Virus record (IMG/VR): IMGVR_UViG_3300009678_000059 | Location: 1 to 64,000 of that record | Length of the DNA stretch: 64,000 nucleotides | Source: a virus | Lineage: Duplodnaviria > Caudoviricetes | Strand: one strand, 5' to 3' | Part shown: positions 7,715-17,746 of the stretch, piece by piece | Layout of the letters: each line of letters begins with the position of its first letter | Position numbering within the stretch: position 1 is the first letter of the stretch | Notes under the pieces: model-generated | Database searches by the model: none | Told to the model about the DNA's origin: nothing | What the model saw: only the letters and a program-made list of their open reading frames with translations | Position numbers and translations under genes: made by a program

Positions 7715-8482
7715 ATGAAAAGAGGTTTTGTAAAAAAGGGCGATATTATAGATAGGACAGGTGAGAAATTCATCACAAATGAGGGGTATGAGGTCGAGAT
7801 AGTTCAGTATTTTGGGGTTTATGATTGCACTATTAGGTTTAGTGACGGAACAATTATCTGTAACATGAATTTCGGAAATATAAAGAAGGGTACGGTTAAA
7901 AACCCTAATCACAAATCAGTTCAAGGAATTGGATACTTTGGCATAGGTGAGTATAAAGCACATGCTGGAAATAGTGAAAACACTACAGTTTACAATGTAT
8001 GGAGAAACATGATTATTAGATGTTATAATAGCAAAGCACAATTAAAACAACCAGCATACATCGGCTGCTCAGTTCACCATGATTGGCATTGTTTTCAAAA
8101 TTATGCTAAATGGTATTATGAAAACAAAACAGAAGACTGGTATGTGGATAAAGATATTTTATTTAAGGGTAATAAGGTTTATTCTCCTGAAACGTGCTGC
8201 TTTGTTCCTAATGAAATTAATGTCCTTTTTACAAACAGTAGAAAATCAAGAGGTGAGTTTCCTGTAGGGGTGCAAAAATACAGTCGTAAATTTAAAGTGG
8301 CACTAAGTATAAATGGAAAGCATGTATATCTAGGGTTATTTAGCACTATAGAAGAAGCGTTTCAAATATACAAAACTACCAAAGAATCACATATCAAGGA
8401 AGTAGCTAATTTATGGAGGCCTAGGATTATGCCAAAAGTTTATGAAGCTATGATTAATTATGAAGTTGAAATCACAGATTAA
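7715..8482 (+). CDS. Free-standing HNH-type homing endonuclease with AP2-like C-terminal domain
   Basis: VWRNMIIRCY...GCSVHHDWHCFQNYAKW...VDKDIL...YSPETCCFVP and YLGLFSTIEEAFQIYK; paralog of 36436..37182. Start set at the ATG after the leader. Confidence 0.85.
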   Translation: MKRGFVKKGDIIDRTGEKFITNEGYEVEIVQYFGVYDCTIRFSDGTIICNMNFGNIKKGTVKNPNHKSVQGIGYFGIGEYKAHAGNSENTTVYNVWRNMIIRCYNSKAQLKQPAYIGCSVHHDWHCFQNYAKWYYENKTEDWYVDKDILFKGNKVYSPETCCFVPNEINVLFTNSRKSRGEFPVGVQKYSRKFKVALSINGKHVYLGLFSTIEEAFQIYKTTKESHIKEVANLWRPRIMPKVYEAMINYEVEITD

Positions 8483-8491
8483 ATAAAAAAG

Positions 8492-8518
8492 AAAAGCCAC
8501 TCAAATCGAGTGGCTTTT
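8492..8518. terminator. Bidirectional intrinsic terminator
   Basis: AAAAGCCACTC-AAATC-GAGTGGCTTTT between convergent genes. Confidence 0.85.
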
Positions 8519-8536
8519 ACTTTACAATGTGTGTTT

Positions 8537-8821
8537 CTACACTGAGCAAACTAAATCGTTGTAGTAAAGTGTCTTGTACTCCACACCTCCAATTGACAAA
8601 GGAGATGTCTTATACGAGTCATATAGAACGAAATCTCCTTCTTTAATAGTGTGAATTTCATCTACAGGACAATCAACTCCGAGAGAGATAATTTGACCTT
8701 TTTTGTATTTTTCATTTTTATCTACAATTCCGGATTTATCGAAGCCAAACGATGTTTCGTTCTTGTTCTCTACCTCCTGAATTATAACGATATGGTTTAG
8801 AGCTTGCATTTTAGTTCCCAT
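8537..8821 (-). CDS. groES: Co-chaperonin GroES
   Basis: QALNHIVII...ETSFG...KGQIISLG...IKEGDFVLY; adjacent to groEL. Confidence 0.85.
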   Translation of the reverse strand: MGTKMQALNHIVIIQEVENKNETSFGFDKSGIVDKNEKYKKGQIISLGVDCPVDEIHTIKEGDFVLYDSYKTSPLSIGGVEYKTLYYNDLVCSV

Positions 8822-10388
8822 GTGAATGTGTGTTTTTAGTTCGGTTAGTCAAACAGTGGTTAGTCATCAATAATGTATTGCTCGCTGAACATGCATTGAT
8901 TAAAGCATGTTTAATAGCCTTAGTTGAATCCAATATTCCAGAAGCTATCATATCCACCTGTTTGAAGTTCTTTACATCGTAACCGATCGGATATTCAGCA
9001 GAATTTATGAAATCTTTCACGTCTGCATTTGACAATATTCTGTTAAGGGGCGCTACAACTGCAATATTACAAACCGGATCCAAGTCAAGTCTTGCTGCAT
9101 TGTAAAGAGCAACTCCTCCGCCTGCAACAACACCTTCTTCTCTTGCTGACCTTACAGCACAAACGGCGTCCTCTATTCTGTCGATACGCTCTTGTAACTC
9201 ACTCTCTATAATTGCACCAACCTTAATGATGGAGATTCCTCCTGATATTTTCGAGATCCTGTCCTTGATGTATTTTTTTTCAAGTTCAGTTTTGGCGACT
9301 TTCAGCTGTTCTTTAAGTTCGTCGATTTTGCTGTTTGCGGCGATGTCGATTTCCTCATTTTCCAAAGGCACGATGATGGTGTCTGTTTTACCTACGATAA
9401 TTGACTTACATGTTCCAAGAAACTGAGCTTCACGGCCAACGAACATATCTCCTGATAAAGACGACAGGAATTGGGTTCCGCACAACATGGCTAAATCTGA
9501 CATAAAATCCCTGCGTTTATTCCCAAATGAAGGGGAATTTACAAGGACGATTGGCAACTGTTTCTCGATTACGTTTCTGATGATTACATCACGGATACCG
9601 TAAGAGGCTGAATCTGTCCAGTCTGCCACGATAACAAGTTGGCGCTGGTTCTGCATTGCGAATTTGATAAACGGCAAAACCTGAACGTCGAATGACTTGA
9701 ATACGATATTAGAACATACGATTAACGGGTTGTCGCTGAATTCGGTAGTACGGTCAGCAAAGTTATTGATAAGCAAATCACTTGCGTAACCGCCTTCCAA
9801 TAGGGTTCCGTCTATGAAATCCAGGTGAGTTTCGTGGTCATTGCTTCTCAGATGCGAAACAGCCCCGTTTTCGCCAGCCTTAATAAAGGCGTCAGATACG
9901 ATTTTGGCAAGTTCTTCTTCGCCATTGGCAGATGTTAAAGCTACGTTATAAATATCCTCGTCGGTAAGTTTTTGTGAGATTTCGTCAAGGTAGGCAACGA
10001 TTTTGTCGCGTGAGTTTTCGATTTCGTGTTTGATGTCGATAGCCGATTTCCCTGCTTTTAAGGCTTTAAGAGATTCGGCGAAAAGTGCCTGAAGCAGTAC
10101 GATAGTTGAAGTGGTTGCGTCACCGGCAAGGTCTACTGTACGTTGGGAAGCCTCTTTTGCAACCTTACAAGCCATGTTCTCCACAGCATCGTCAAGATTG
10201 ATGTTCTGAAGCGTCTTGTAGCCGTCTTTTGTAGGTTCCGGCATACCATATACAGATTCTATAAGAACTGTCCTTCCGCGGTATCCCATGGTACTGGAAA
10301 CAATATCAGCAAGCTGGTCTATACCTGCTTTCAGTTTTTCTTTGGCTTCAATTCCGGACGTGATGTCCTTTAAAATTTGATCGTTCAT
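8811..10388 (-). CDS. groEL: Chaperonin GroEL (no GGM tail)
   Basis: STMGYRGRTV, PTKDGYK, AGDATTSTIVL, PSFGNKR, RISKISGGISIIKVGA, GVVAGGGVAL and GILDSTK motifs. Confidence 0.96.
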   Translation of the reverse strand: MNDQILKDITSGIEAKEKLKAGIDQLADIVSSTMGYRGRTVLIESVYGMPEPTKDGYKTLQNINLDDAVENMACKVAKEASQRTVDLAGDATTSTIVLLQALFAESLKALKAGKSAIDIKHEIENSRDKIVAYLDEISQKLTDEDIYNVALTSANGEEELAKIVSDAFIKAGENGAVSHLRSNDHETHLDFIDGTLLEGGYASDLLINNFADRTTEFSDNPLIVCSNIVFKSFDVQVLPFIKFAMQNQRQLVIVADWTDSASYGIRDVIIRNVIEKQLPIVLVNSPSFGNKRRDFMSDLAMLCGTQFLSSLSGDMFVGREAQFLGTCKSIIVGKTDTIIVPLENEEIDIAANSKIDELKEQLKVAKTELEKKYIKDRISKISGGISIIKVGAIIESELQERIDRIEDAVCAVRSAREEGVVAGGGVALYNAARLDLDPVCNIAVVAPLNRILSNADVKDFINSAEYPIGYDVKNFKQVDMIASGILDSTKAIKHALINACSASNTLLMTNHCLTNRTKNTHSHGN

Positions 10389-10417
10389 ATTAATATAGTG
10401 AATTTATATTTATAGCC

Positions 10418-10481
10418 CAAAGATATTAATATTTTTTTCATAGTCAACGCCTTACACTATAAGTAAAAAATATTACTTTTG
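10418..10481. promoter_or_regulatory. Divergent promoter pair (groEL leftward; fibre genes rightward)
   Basis: TATCTTTG on - at 10418-10425; TACTTTTG on + at 10474-10481. Confidence 0.7.
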
Positions 10482-10545
10482 TTAAAGAGATAGACAGCAT
10501 CTATCACTAATCGCAACAAACAAAACAAACAAAAAAAACAGCGAT

Positions 10546-10809
10546 ATGACAAAATATGACTTCACGGCCTCGACTAATCAATTAGTTAAAACCGGCAATG
10601 TTTCAGGCGGAGATGCCACAAAGAGAATTCAATCATTTATGAGGCCAAGCATCAGTATGGCAGGTACGAAAATCGCATTCTTTGAAAGCGGAAACTACAT
10701 GTGCGCACTTCCTTTTTCAGAAATCGGAACAATTGCAGCAGCAACTCCTACAGATTTAGCAGATGCAGCAGCAAAACTTATTGCATTAATAGCCACTTTA
10801 ACAGTATAA
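10546..10809 (+). CDS. Small putative virion protein
   Basis: 87-aa Ala/Thr-rich ORF at the start of the fibre operon. Confidence 0.6.
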   Translation: MTKYDFTASTNQLVKTGNVSGGDATKRIQSFMRPSISMAGTKIAFFESGNYMCALPFSEIGTIAAATPTDLADAAAKLIALIATLTV

Positions 10810-10813
10810 GTCC

Positions 10814-12439
10814 ATGACTAAAATATCAAATTACGAACTTGACGAAACAATTTCAGGTAGCGACAGGGTAACAGGAACAGACGGAGCTACGGGACAGACT
10901 AAGAACTACCTTGTTTCTGAATTATCTACATATATATCAGATCAGGTTGAATCTGGATCTCAGGGAGAGACAGGACCTGCGGGGCCGACAGGACCGCAAG
11001 GATCAGTAGGTCCACAAGGGCCAACAGGAACAACAGGTCCGCAAGGAGTAGCCGGAACAACAGGTGCTGCTACAGTAGGACCACAGGGTATTCAAGGACC
11101 GGCAGGTCCAGTGGGCCCGGTAGGTTTAACATGGAAAGGTACTTGGAGTGCTGCTACAGCTTACATTTTAAATGATGCGGTGGGTTACAGCGGAGCTTCT
11201 TACTATAGAATTATTGCAGGAACAACAGCTACGGCTCCTAATATAGACACTACAAACTGGGCTTTGCTTGCTTCACAAGGAGCAGTAGGACCACAGGGGC
11301 CAACAGGAGCTACTGGACCAACAGGATCTGCAGGAACGCAAGGAATACAAGGAACTACAGGGGCAACCGGATCACAAGGGCTTACAGGACCTGCGGGACC
11401 AACAGGGCCGCAAGGACCACAAGGTATCCAAGGGATTCAGGGGCCGGCAGGAACTGTATCGATTACTACCGGCGCTGTATTGGCGGTCACTCCTCCGGCG
11501 ACAGTTACCCTGGGTTTTACACATAACACGGTGTCTACTTCAGCAGCAGAAAGGGCTGTTACATTGCCATTAGGTTTTACGGCGGGACAAGAAATTATTG
11601 TAATGGCTAGTAATAATGCCTACGATTTTAATGTATTGCCGCCGGTAGGAGACACCATTTCTCGCATAGGAGTTTCTGCAGGTGTCTCAAGTATGCCTGT
11701 AAAAGCTAATGAAAATTACAGGTTTACAAAGCTAAGCGGAACTACCTGGAAAGCAGAGTCAATTGGCGCTTCGTTATCTCAGGTGCTTGGTGTTGGATCT
11801 GCCGCCACTAACAATTCAGGGAGAACTTTAGATTTAGGAGATAGTTCAATCCTTGTTCAAGGCCCTTCCGGACACAGTGTAACGATATTAGAAAGCACAA
11901 TAGGTTTATTTAGTCCGGTATCAGGAGATGAGCTAACTATAAACACAGGAAGTATTGACTTCGTTAAAGGAGGGAACTCAGCTATTACAATATCTGCTGT
12001 CAATGGTACAACTCCAAGAAACATTCTTCTTCCTGACGCGAGTGGAACTGTAGCTTTGACTTCTGACATACCTACAGTAACTTCCGGAACATGGGCAGCT
12101 TCGTTTACACCTGTTCTCAATGTAGCCTCTACTTCCTACTTTAGTGTAGCTTATCAAAAAACAGGAAATATTGTATGTGCTACAATTGGATTTTTGGTAA
12201 CTGTTACCGCAGCTAATACAGCCACAACGCTTACAATATCACTTCCGGTAAACAGATCAGGATCATCACCGATACAGGTTGGATCTGGAACTTTAAAAAG
12301 GAACAACTCAGCGGCTGAATTCATACCTGTATATGTTGAATCAGCGGCTACGTCTACGGTTAAAGTTCAGTTTTACCCGACGCAAAACACTGATTACTAC
12401 ATAGGGTCAATTACCTTCCAATACGGAATCAACGTATAA
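10814..12439 (+). CDS. Collagen-like fibre protein
   Basis: Two long Gly-X-Y tracts separated by a WKGTWS...Y..NDAVGY domain; beta-rich C-terminal head. Confidence 0.88.
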   Translation: MTKISNYELDETISGSDRVTGTDGATGQTKNYLVSELSTYISDQVESGSQGETGPAGPTGPQGSVGPQGPTGTTGPQGVAGTTGAATVGPQGIQGPAGPVGPVGLTWKGTWSAATAYILNDAVGYSGASYYRIIAGTTATAPNIDTTNWALLASQGAVGPQGPTGATGPTGSAGTQGIQGTTGATGSQGLTGPAGPTGPQGPQGIQGIQGPAGTVSITTGAVLAVTPPATVTLGFTHNTVSTSAAERAVTLPLGFTAGQEIIVMASNNAYDFNVLPPVGDTISRIGVSAGVSSMPVKANENYRFTKLSGTTWKAESIGASLSQVLGVGSAATNNSGRTLDLGDSSILVQGPSGHSVTILESTIGLFSPVSGDELTINTGSIDFVKGGNSAITISAVNGTTPRNILLPDASGTVALTSDIPTVTSGTWAASFTPVLNVASTSYFSVAYQKTGNIVCATIGFLVTVTAANTATTLTISLPVNRSGSSPIQVGSGTLKRNNSAAEFIPVYVESAATSTVKVQFYPTQNTDYYIGSITFQYGINV

Positions 12440-12457
12440 CACAAAACCCCAAACACT

Positions 12458-12745
12458 ATGAAGGAGATATTAATTCAACTAGGTATTGACAAGGGCTTTT
12501 TAATAGCCGGTTTAGTCGGTGCTATCGCCGGAACAACTGGTAGCAAAAAACACATTTTAGCACGTATAGGCTCGATACTCATGGGTGTCGGGTGTGCTAT
12601 ATTCACCACGCCGTTAGCCTGTGACTTGATAAGCATTACTAACGAGCAGTCAAAACTCGGAATAGCAGTTGTTATCGGGTACTTGGGAATACAGGGAATT
12701 CAGAAAATAGTAATCTCTAAACTAAAGCAAAATGAAGTTATTTAA
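12458..12745 (+). CDS. Putative holin
   Basis: 95 aa with three hydrophobic segments, first gene of the lysis cassette. Confidence 0.7.
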   Translation: MKEILIQLGIDKGFLIAGLVGAIAGTTGSKKHILARIGSILMGVGCAIFTTPLACDLISITNEQSKLGIAVVIGYLGIQGIQKIVISKLKQNEVI

Positions 12746-12971
12746 CGAAATGGTGTTAATCGCTATCGCTATAGTAGCCTTGGTGAGCTTGGTTGTCGAG
12801 ATGGAGGACCGCAGAAATTACAAACATGAGGCAATACTAAAAGCAGGCTTCGGGAGTCTTGCCGTTGGAGCTTTGACAGCTGTTTGTTATGAAACGATCT
12901 ACTGCTATGCTTTCATGAATATGTGTTTCCTGGCAGTTTTGGTAATCAGATTAATATCGAGAAAAAAATAG
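12732..12971 (+). CDS. Small multi-pass membrane protein (holin partner or antiholin candidate)
   Basis: Three TM segments, lying between holin and endolysin. Confidence 0.55.
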   Translation: MKLFNEMVLIAIAIVALVSLVVEMEDRRNYKHEAILKAGFGSLAVGALTAVCYETIYCYAFMNMCFLAVLVIRLISRKK

Positions 12972-12975
12972 ATAT

Positions 12976-13557
12976 ATGGAATTACACGAAAAGTACAAGA
13001 CTCTTTTTAACTCATACCACGTAAACACGCCTTTGAGGATTGCTCATATTATGGCGCAACTGGAAGCTGAATCCGGATTAAAACCTATTGAGGAAAATTT
13101 GAAATACTCTCCTAAGAGATTGGGAGAGGTTTTTCCTAAGTATTTCCCGAATGCGGAGGTGGCGAATTTCTATGCCAAGTCTCCGGCAATGATAGGTGCA
13201 AGGATTTACGCTAACAGAATGGGCAACGGTGACGAAAAATCCATGGACGGGTACAAATTCAGAGGCAGAGGTTTCATACAGACCACAGGAAAGAACAATT
13301 ACCTGGTACTATCTAAAGACACCAGGATAGATTTTGTAACCAATCCGGACATGTTGCTGCAGGAAGCAAACGCAATGATTGCTGCCTTACATTACTGGAG
13401 CAAAGGAAAACTGAACACTCATGCTGACAATGACGATGTTGACGCGATAAGCGACATAATCAATATCGGGCATCATACGGCTAAGGTAGGCGACGCAAAC
13501 GGCTTCAAACACAGGAAAGAACTGCTTGGCAAATGGAAAACTAAACTTGGAATCTAA
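12976..13557 (+). CDS. Glycoside hydrolase family 19 endolysin
   Basis: AHIMAQLEAESG, E-N-L-x-YS, YANRMGNG, DGYKFRGRGFIQTTGKNNY. Confidence 0.93.
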   Translation: MELHEKYKTLFNSYHVNTPLRIAHIMAQLEAESGLKPIEENLKYSPKRLGEVFPKYFPNAEVANFYAKSPAMIGARIYANRMGNGDEKSMDGYKFRGRGFIQTTGKNNYLVLSKDTRIDFVTNPDMLLQEANAMIAALHYWSKGKLNTHADNDDVDAISDIINIGHHTAKVGDANGFKHRKELLGKWKTKLGI

Positions 13558-14147
13558 TGAGTAAAAAAAACAAACTTCCGAGAACAACCGAGGCCGAAAA
13601 CAGGCTTGGGAACAATACGATAATATTCGCATCAGTTTTTGCGCTTATAGTGTCGTTCCTGCTTGTGGGCTGCGGGGCAAGAAAGGTCAATAAGACAGAA
13701 ACTGAAAAGACAGAAAAGACAGAACAGACATCTGTTTCCGAAGAAAAGTCAGTGACTGAAAGCAACGTGAAAACAGAGGTTGTGACTGTTGAGAATTCAA
13801 ACGACAGCACAATCACTGAAACTGTGGAAATAAGACCAATCGACAACACAAAACCGGCTTATTTTGACAATAACGGCAAAATAGAGAGTATTTCTAACGC
13901 TTATTTTTACAAGACCAGGACAATTAAGAAAAGCAAAACACAAAAGGCTCACAATGAGGTTTCTGAGTCTAAGTTAAATAAAACTGACGAAAAAGCCCTG
14001 AAGACAGAATCTAAAGTTTTGTTAAAAGAAAAGGCGGTTGCAAAACAGACGGAAAGAGAATCTTTGTTTTCATGGTGGTGGCTTTTGCTGATTATTCCGG
14101 TTGGAATCGCTATAAGAAAATGGATAAACAATGCCTGGTGGGTTTAA
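13557..14147 (+). CDS. Unimolecular spanin-like protein
   Basis: Lipobox LLVGC near the N-terminus and C-terminal TM helix WWWLLLIIPVGIAI, directly after the endolysin. Confidence 0.7.
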   Translation: MSKKNKLPRTTEAENRLGNNTIIFASVFALIVSFLLVGCGARKVNKTETEKTEKTEQTSVSEEKSVTESNVKTEVVTVENSNDSTITETVEIRPIDNTKPAYFDNNGKIESISNAYFYKTRTIKKSKTQKAHNEVSESKLNKTDEKALKTESKVLLKEKAVAKQTERESLFSWWWLLLIIPVGIAIRKWINNAWWV

Positions 14148-14165
14148 CAAAATAAAACAACAGAA

Positions 14166-17100
14166 GTGACTAAAATAAAGAACTACGATCAGGATATAGA
14201 AATTGACCTTCAGGATAAACTTCTTGGAACAGATATAAACGGGAACCCTACCAAAAACTACCCGTTCTACAAGATAATCGACTTTTTGCTTTCGCAGGGA
14301 GTTGGCGAAGGAGGCGGGGACGTTTCCGGCAAGGAAGACAAATTCAACAAGGTTTCCACAGTTGCTGGAAACGAGTCAGATTTGGTGAAATATCCAAACA
14401 CAAAAGCGCTTTATGACGGGCTTGTGGCCGCTGTATCCGAAGCAAACAGCTACACCAGCTCGATTTTCACCGGTACGGCTCAGGACGACCAAGTTGTGCA
14501 TCTTGACGGGAACGAAACGATAAACGATTTCAAGATATTTACAGAGCTGGTTACTGCTTCAGGATTCAGGATACCAGGCGGTATTCCGGCAGGGTTCCAT
14601 AAAGCAGACGGCTCCATTGACTACAGTGAGTACATCACGCTTGAAGACATACCGGAAGACGAAACCCTTGTATTGCAGGCAACAAACAAGACCGGAGTAG
14701 CTATACCAAAAGGCTCTGTTGTTTACATTGACGGGGCGCAGGGAAGTAAGCCTACTATCGCATTGGCGTTGGCCGACTCTAATGTAACCACATCGCTGGC
14801 TATAGGTATAGTTAAAGATACCATAGCAAATAACGCAAACGGTGTTGTTGTCACAAACGGACTTATAGAATCTCTTGACACCAGCGCATTTGCAGAGGGA
14901 AACAAGGTGTTTCTGTCTTCTGTTTTACCCGGAGGAATGACTACGGTTATTCCGTCAAGCCCTAACAATGTTGTGGCTATAGGGACTGTAATTGACGCTC
15001 ACGCCACTCAGGGTAAGATATTGGTGTCCATACTATACACGTCTAAACTTGACAGGCTGGTGGATGTAGACGTAGATTCTGCCATGGATAACGACGTGCT
15101 TCAGTATAATTCTGCTTTGGGATTATGGGAAAACAGATCGGAACTGGAGATAGGCTCCATTCAGACAGATTTAATCACAATTGGTAATACCGAACTTGAC
15201 GAAAAGTTACTTCAGTTAAACAACGCATCGCTTTCTACCGGACTGTATGAATTCGGCTCAGGAGGCTTGACAAACAACTCATCCACCTCGTTTAACATAG
15301 GCAACGTAAAAGGATTTATTGTTGACTCTGATGACCCGTTGGATTCCAACCCGCTATTCATTGATTATCCCGGAATCATCGGGCAGACGACTCCGTGGTT
15401 ATTGTCTCATGCCGCTACCTATGTTTTAATCAAGCCTGATTTGACACCTATGCTGCTGAACGCAAGGCCGACGGTGACACAGAGGAAGGATAATATATTT
15501 TTAGGCGTTGTAGGCCATCCAAACGGGGCTATAGGAGGTATAGGAAACTCTCCTGACCTTATCATGAACGTGATGTCACAGGTGAGGGCGATGTTTGAGC
15601 CTATCAGGTTCATTAACGGAGGAATTGTGTGTTATGCCAACGGGACCAATATGGCACTAGCCAATACTCCGGGTAATCTTTACGGACTTGGAATCGGCTT
15701 TATCACAAACGGGAATGACGCACCTTCTGTACTGGCAGTTTCGGCAGGTACACCAAGTACGTTTCAGTACCGTACATATATAGGGACAGTTTTCGCGAAT
15801 ACCACTCTTATCGAGGGAGGGTTTTACGACCTGACGGGAGTAAGAACAGCTATACCGGGAAGCTCGAATCAGGCGACCAACCAGAGGATATATCTGCTTC
15901 AGAACGGCGCAATCAGGATACAGTACGGACAGAATCTGTATTCGACACTGAACAATGCAATATCTGCGGCATCAAGCGAGGTTTTCGTGGAGGTTACAAA
16001 CAACAGGAGCCTTGGTATTTTGATCGGGATATTAGCGGTTACAAAGGGCTGTACAGATTTATCAGACGTAAATACGGCTAAGTTTTTATCCGTGAGCAAA
16101 TTCGGGGAATCGAACATCGCTGCTGCGGGTATCGCTATCGGGACGCTTCAGACTGCCTACAAAAACTCCCTGATACCTCAGATACTTGTTGACGACGCTT
16201 CAGGAGCTTTTACGCTGCAGAACGCAAGAGCCTTGAACACATCTACAATTCAGGAGTGGAAGAATATAGCGGGGACTACTACGGCGAGTATTACGGGGAA
16301 CGGTCTGCTGACTACGGCTGTTGATGCTTCGATTAATGGATTGACAGTTGGTAAAGGTTCGGGGAATATGTCCCAAAATACAGCAGTCGGAAATTTAGCA
16401 CTAAGGGATAATGTCAGTGGGAATGCGAATACAGCAATCGGTTTTACGGCTTTAAAATTAGTCACGACTACGGTAAACAATACAGCAGTTGGTCAAGGGG
16501 CTTTAGAGAATACGATAACTTCTAATAACACAGCTGTAGGATATGCGGCATTAAGTTTGAATTCTTCTGGCGCACAGAACAACGCTTTTGGAAGATTGGC
16601 ATTAAGCAATATTACGTCAGGAAATGACAATATTGCAATGGGGAGTGCTGCTGGAAATTCTTTGTTAGATGGAGTAACCGCACATACATCAAGTACTCAA
16701 AATGTATTTTTAGGTGGCAACACAAGGTCATTCGCAAACGCTCAAACTAATCAAATTGTAATAGGATACCTCGCTCTTGGCATCGGCTCCAACTCCGTAG
16801 TACTTGGTAACGACTCAGTTACCAAAACTGCCCTGAAAGGAAACGTGATAATGGGCCAGACAGGGACTATTACTGACACAGGGGAAAAACTGCAGGTTAC
16901 AGGTACTATCAAGGCAACGGCTGTCCACTCATTCATCGAGACAAACGTACAGGCGGGGACGACTTACATCCTGCTGGCTACGGACAACTGCAAGCAGATA
17001 ATCACGACAAGCTCGTCTCCGGTTACAATCACGATTCCGACAGGTCTTGGGACAGGTTTCAGCTGCGAGGTATTACAGCAGGGAACGGGACAGGTGAGTT

Positions 17101-17240
17101 TTGTGGGATCAGGCACGACTCTGAGATATTCGAGTTTTGAGATGCCGAGCGTGGTTGAGATATACGGAAGCGTGATAATAAGCAATATCTCGAATGTGAC
17201 AAATGAGTTTAAACTGGACGGAGATTTGACGAGCCTGTAA
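14166..17240 (+). CDS. Long tail/head fibre protein
   Basis: 1024 aa; NTAVG..AL repeats, LVDVDV..DVLQYNS linker, beta-rich C-terminal domain. N-terminus is similar to that of the 10814 fibre. Confidence 0.85.
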   Translation: MTKIKNYDQDIEIDLQDKLLGTDINGNPTKNYPFYKIIDFLLSQGVGEGGGDVSGKEDKFNKVSTVAGNESDLVKYPNTKALYDGLVAAVSEANSYTSSIFTGTAQDDQVVHLDGNETINDFKIFTELVTASGFRIPGGIPAGFHKADGSIDYSEYITLEDIPEDETLVLQATNKTGVAIPKGSVVYIDGAQGSKPTIALALADSNVTTSLAIGIVKDTIANNANGVVVTNGLIESLDTSAFAEGNKVFLSSVLPGGMTTVIPSSPNNVVAIGTVIDAHATQGKILVSILYTSKLDRLVDVDVDSAMDNDVLQYNSALGLWENRSELEIGSIQTDLITIGNTELDEKLLQLNNASLSTGLYEFGSGGLTNNSSTSFNIGNVKGFIVDSDDPLDSNPLFIDYPGIIGQTTPWLLSHAATYVLIKPDLTPMLLNARPTVTQRKDNIFLGVVGHPNGAIGGIGNSPDLIMNVMSQVRAMFEPIRFINGGIVCYANGTNMALANTPGNLYGLGIGFITNGNDAPSVLAVSAGTPSTFQYRTYIGTVFANTTLIEGGFYDLTGVRTAIPGSSNQATNQRIYLLQNGAIRIQYGQNLYSTLNNAISAASSEVFVEVTNNRSLGILIGILAVTKGCTDLSDVNTAKFLSVSKFGESNIAAAGIAIGTLQTAYKNSLIPQILVDDASGAFTLQNARALNTSTIQEWKNIAGTTTASITGNGLLTTAVDASINGLTVGKGSGNMSQNTAVGNLALRDNVSGNANTAIGFTALKLVTTTVNNTAVGQGALENTITSNNTAVGYAALSLNSSGAQNNAFGRLALSNITSGNDNIAMGSAAGNSLLDGVTAHTSSTQNVFLGGNTRSFANAQTNQIVIGYLALGIGSNSVVLGNDSVTKTALKGNVIMGQTGTITDTGEKLQVTGTIKATAVHSFIETNVQAGTTYILLATDNCKQIITTSSSPVTITIPTGLGTGFSCEVLQQGTGQVSFVGSGTTLRYSSFEMPSVVEIYGSVIISNISNVTNEFKLDGDLTSL

Positions 17241-17263
17241 GCATTTAATTTAAATAAAACATC

Positions 17264-17746
17264 ATGAAAACTACATTAACAGGAAGAATAGAGAGGATTA
17301 AATTGTTTATAGATAATGGATATACAGCAGACCTGGAAACAGGTTTGGTGTATAGTCCAAAACCAGGTACAGATGAGATGATAAAAAGAGGGTGTATTAA
17401 TAATAAAGGTTATATGGCGCTAACAACAAAACTTAATGGTAAAAGCATCAAGTTGCAAGCGCATCATTTTATATACTATTTAGCCACTGGAAAAGTGGTA
17501 GACGAATTAGATCACATCGACAGAACAAGACATCACAATGGAGTAGCAAATTTAAGGGAAGTAACCCATAGTGAAAATCAGCAAAACAAAGATGAAGCTA
17601 GAGGGTATTACTATGTAAAAAAGATTGATAAGTACAGAGTTAAATTAATGACTAACGGTGTAAGAATGGATGTTGGGTATTTTAAAACCGAAGAAGAAGC
17701 TAAGCAGGCATATTTAATAGCTAAAAATAAATATCATATACAATGA
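17264..17746 (+). CDS. HNH homing endonuclease with AP2 domain
   Basis: AHHFIY...LDHIDR..HHNGVANLREVTHSENQQN and VGYFKTEEEAKQAYL. Confidence 0.92.
   Translation: MKTTLTGRIERIKLFIDNGYTADLETGLVYSPKPGTDEMIKRGCINNKGYMALTTKLNGKSIKLQAHHFIYYLATGKVVDELDHIDRTRHHNGVANLREVTHSENQQNKDEARGYYYVKKIDKYRVKLMTNGVRMDVGYFKTEEEAKQAYLIAKNKYHIQ

Noticed and set aside
10814-11460. Nucleotide-level tandem repeats
   Set aside because: Fully explained by Gly-X-Y collagen coding.
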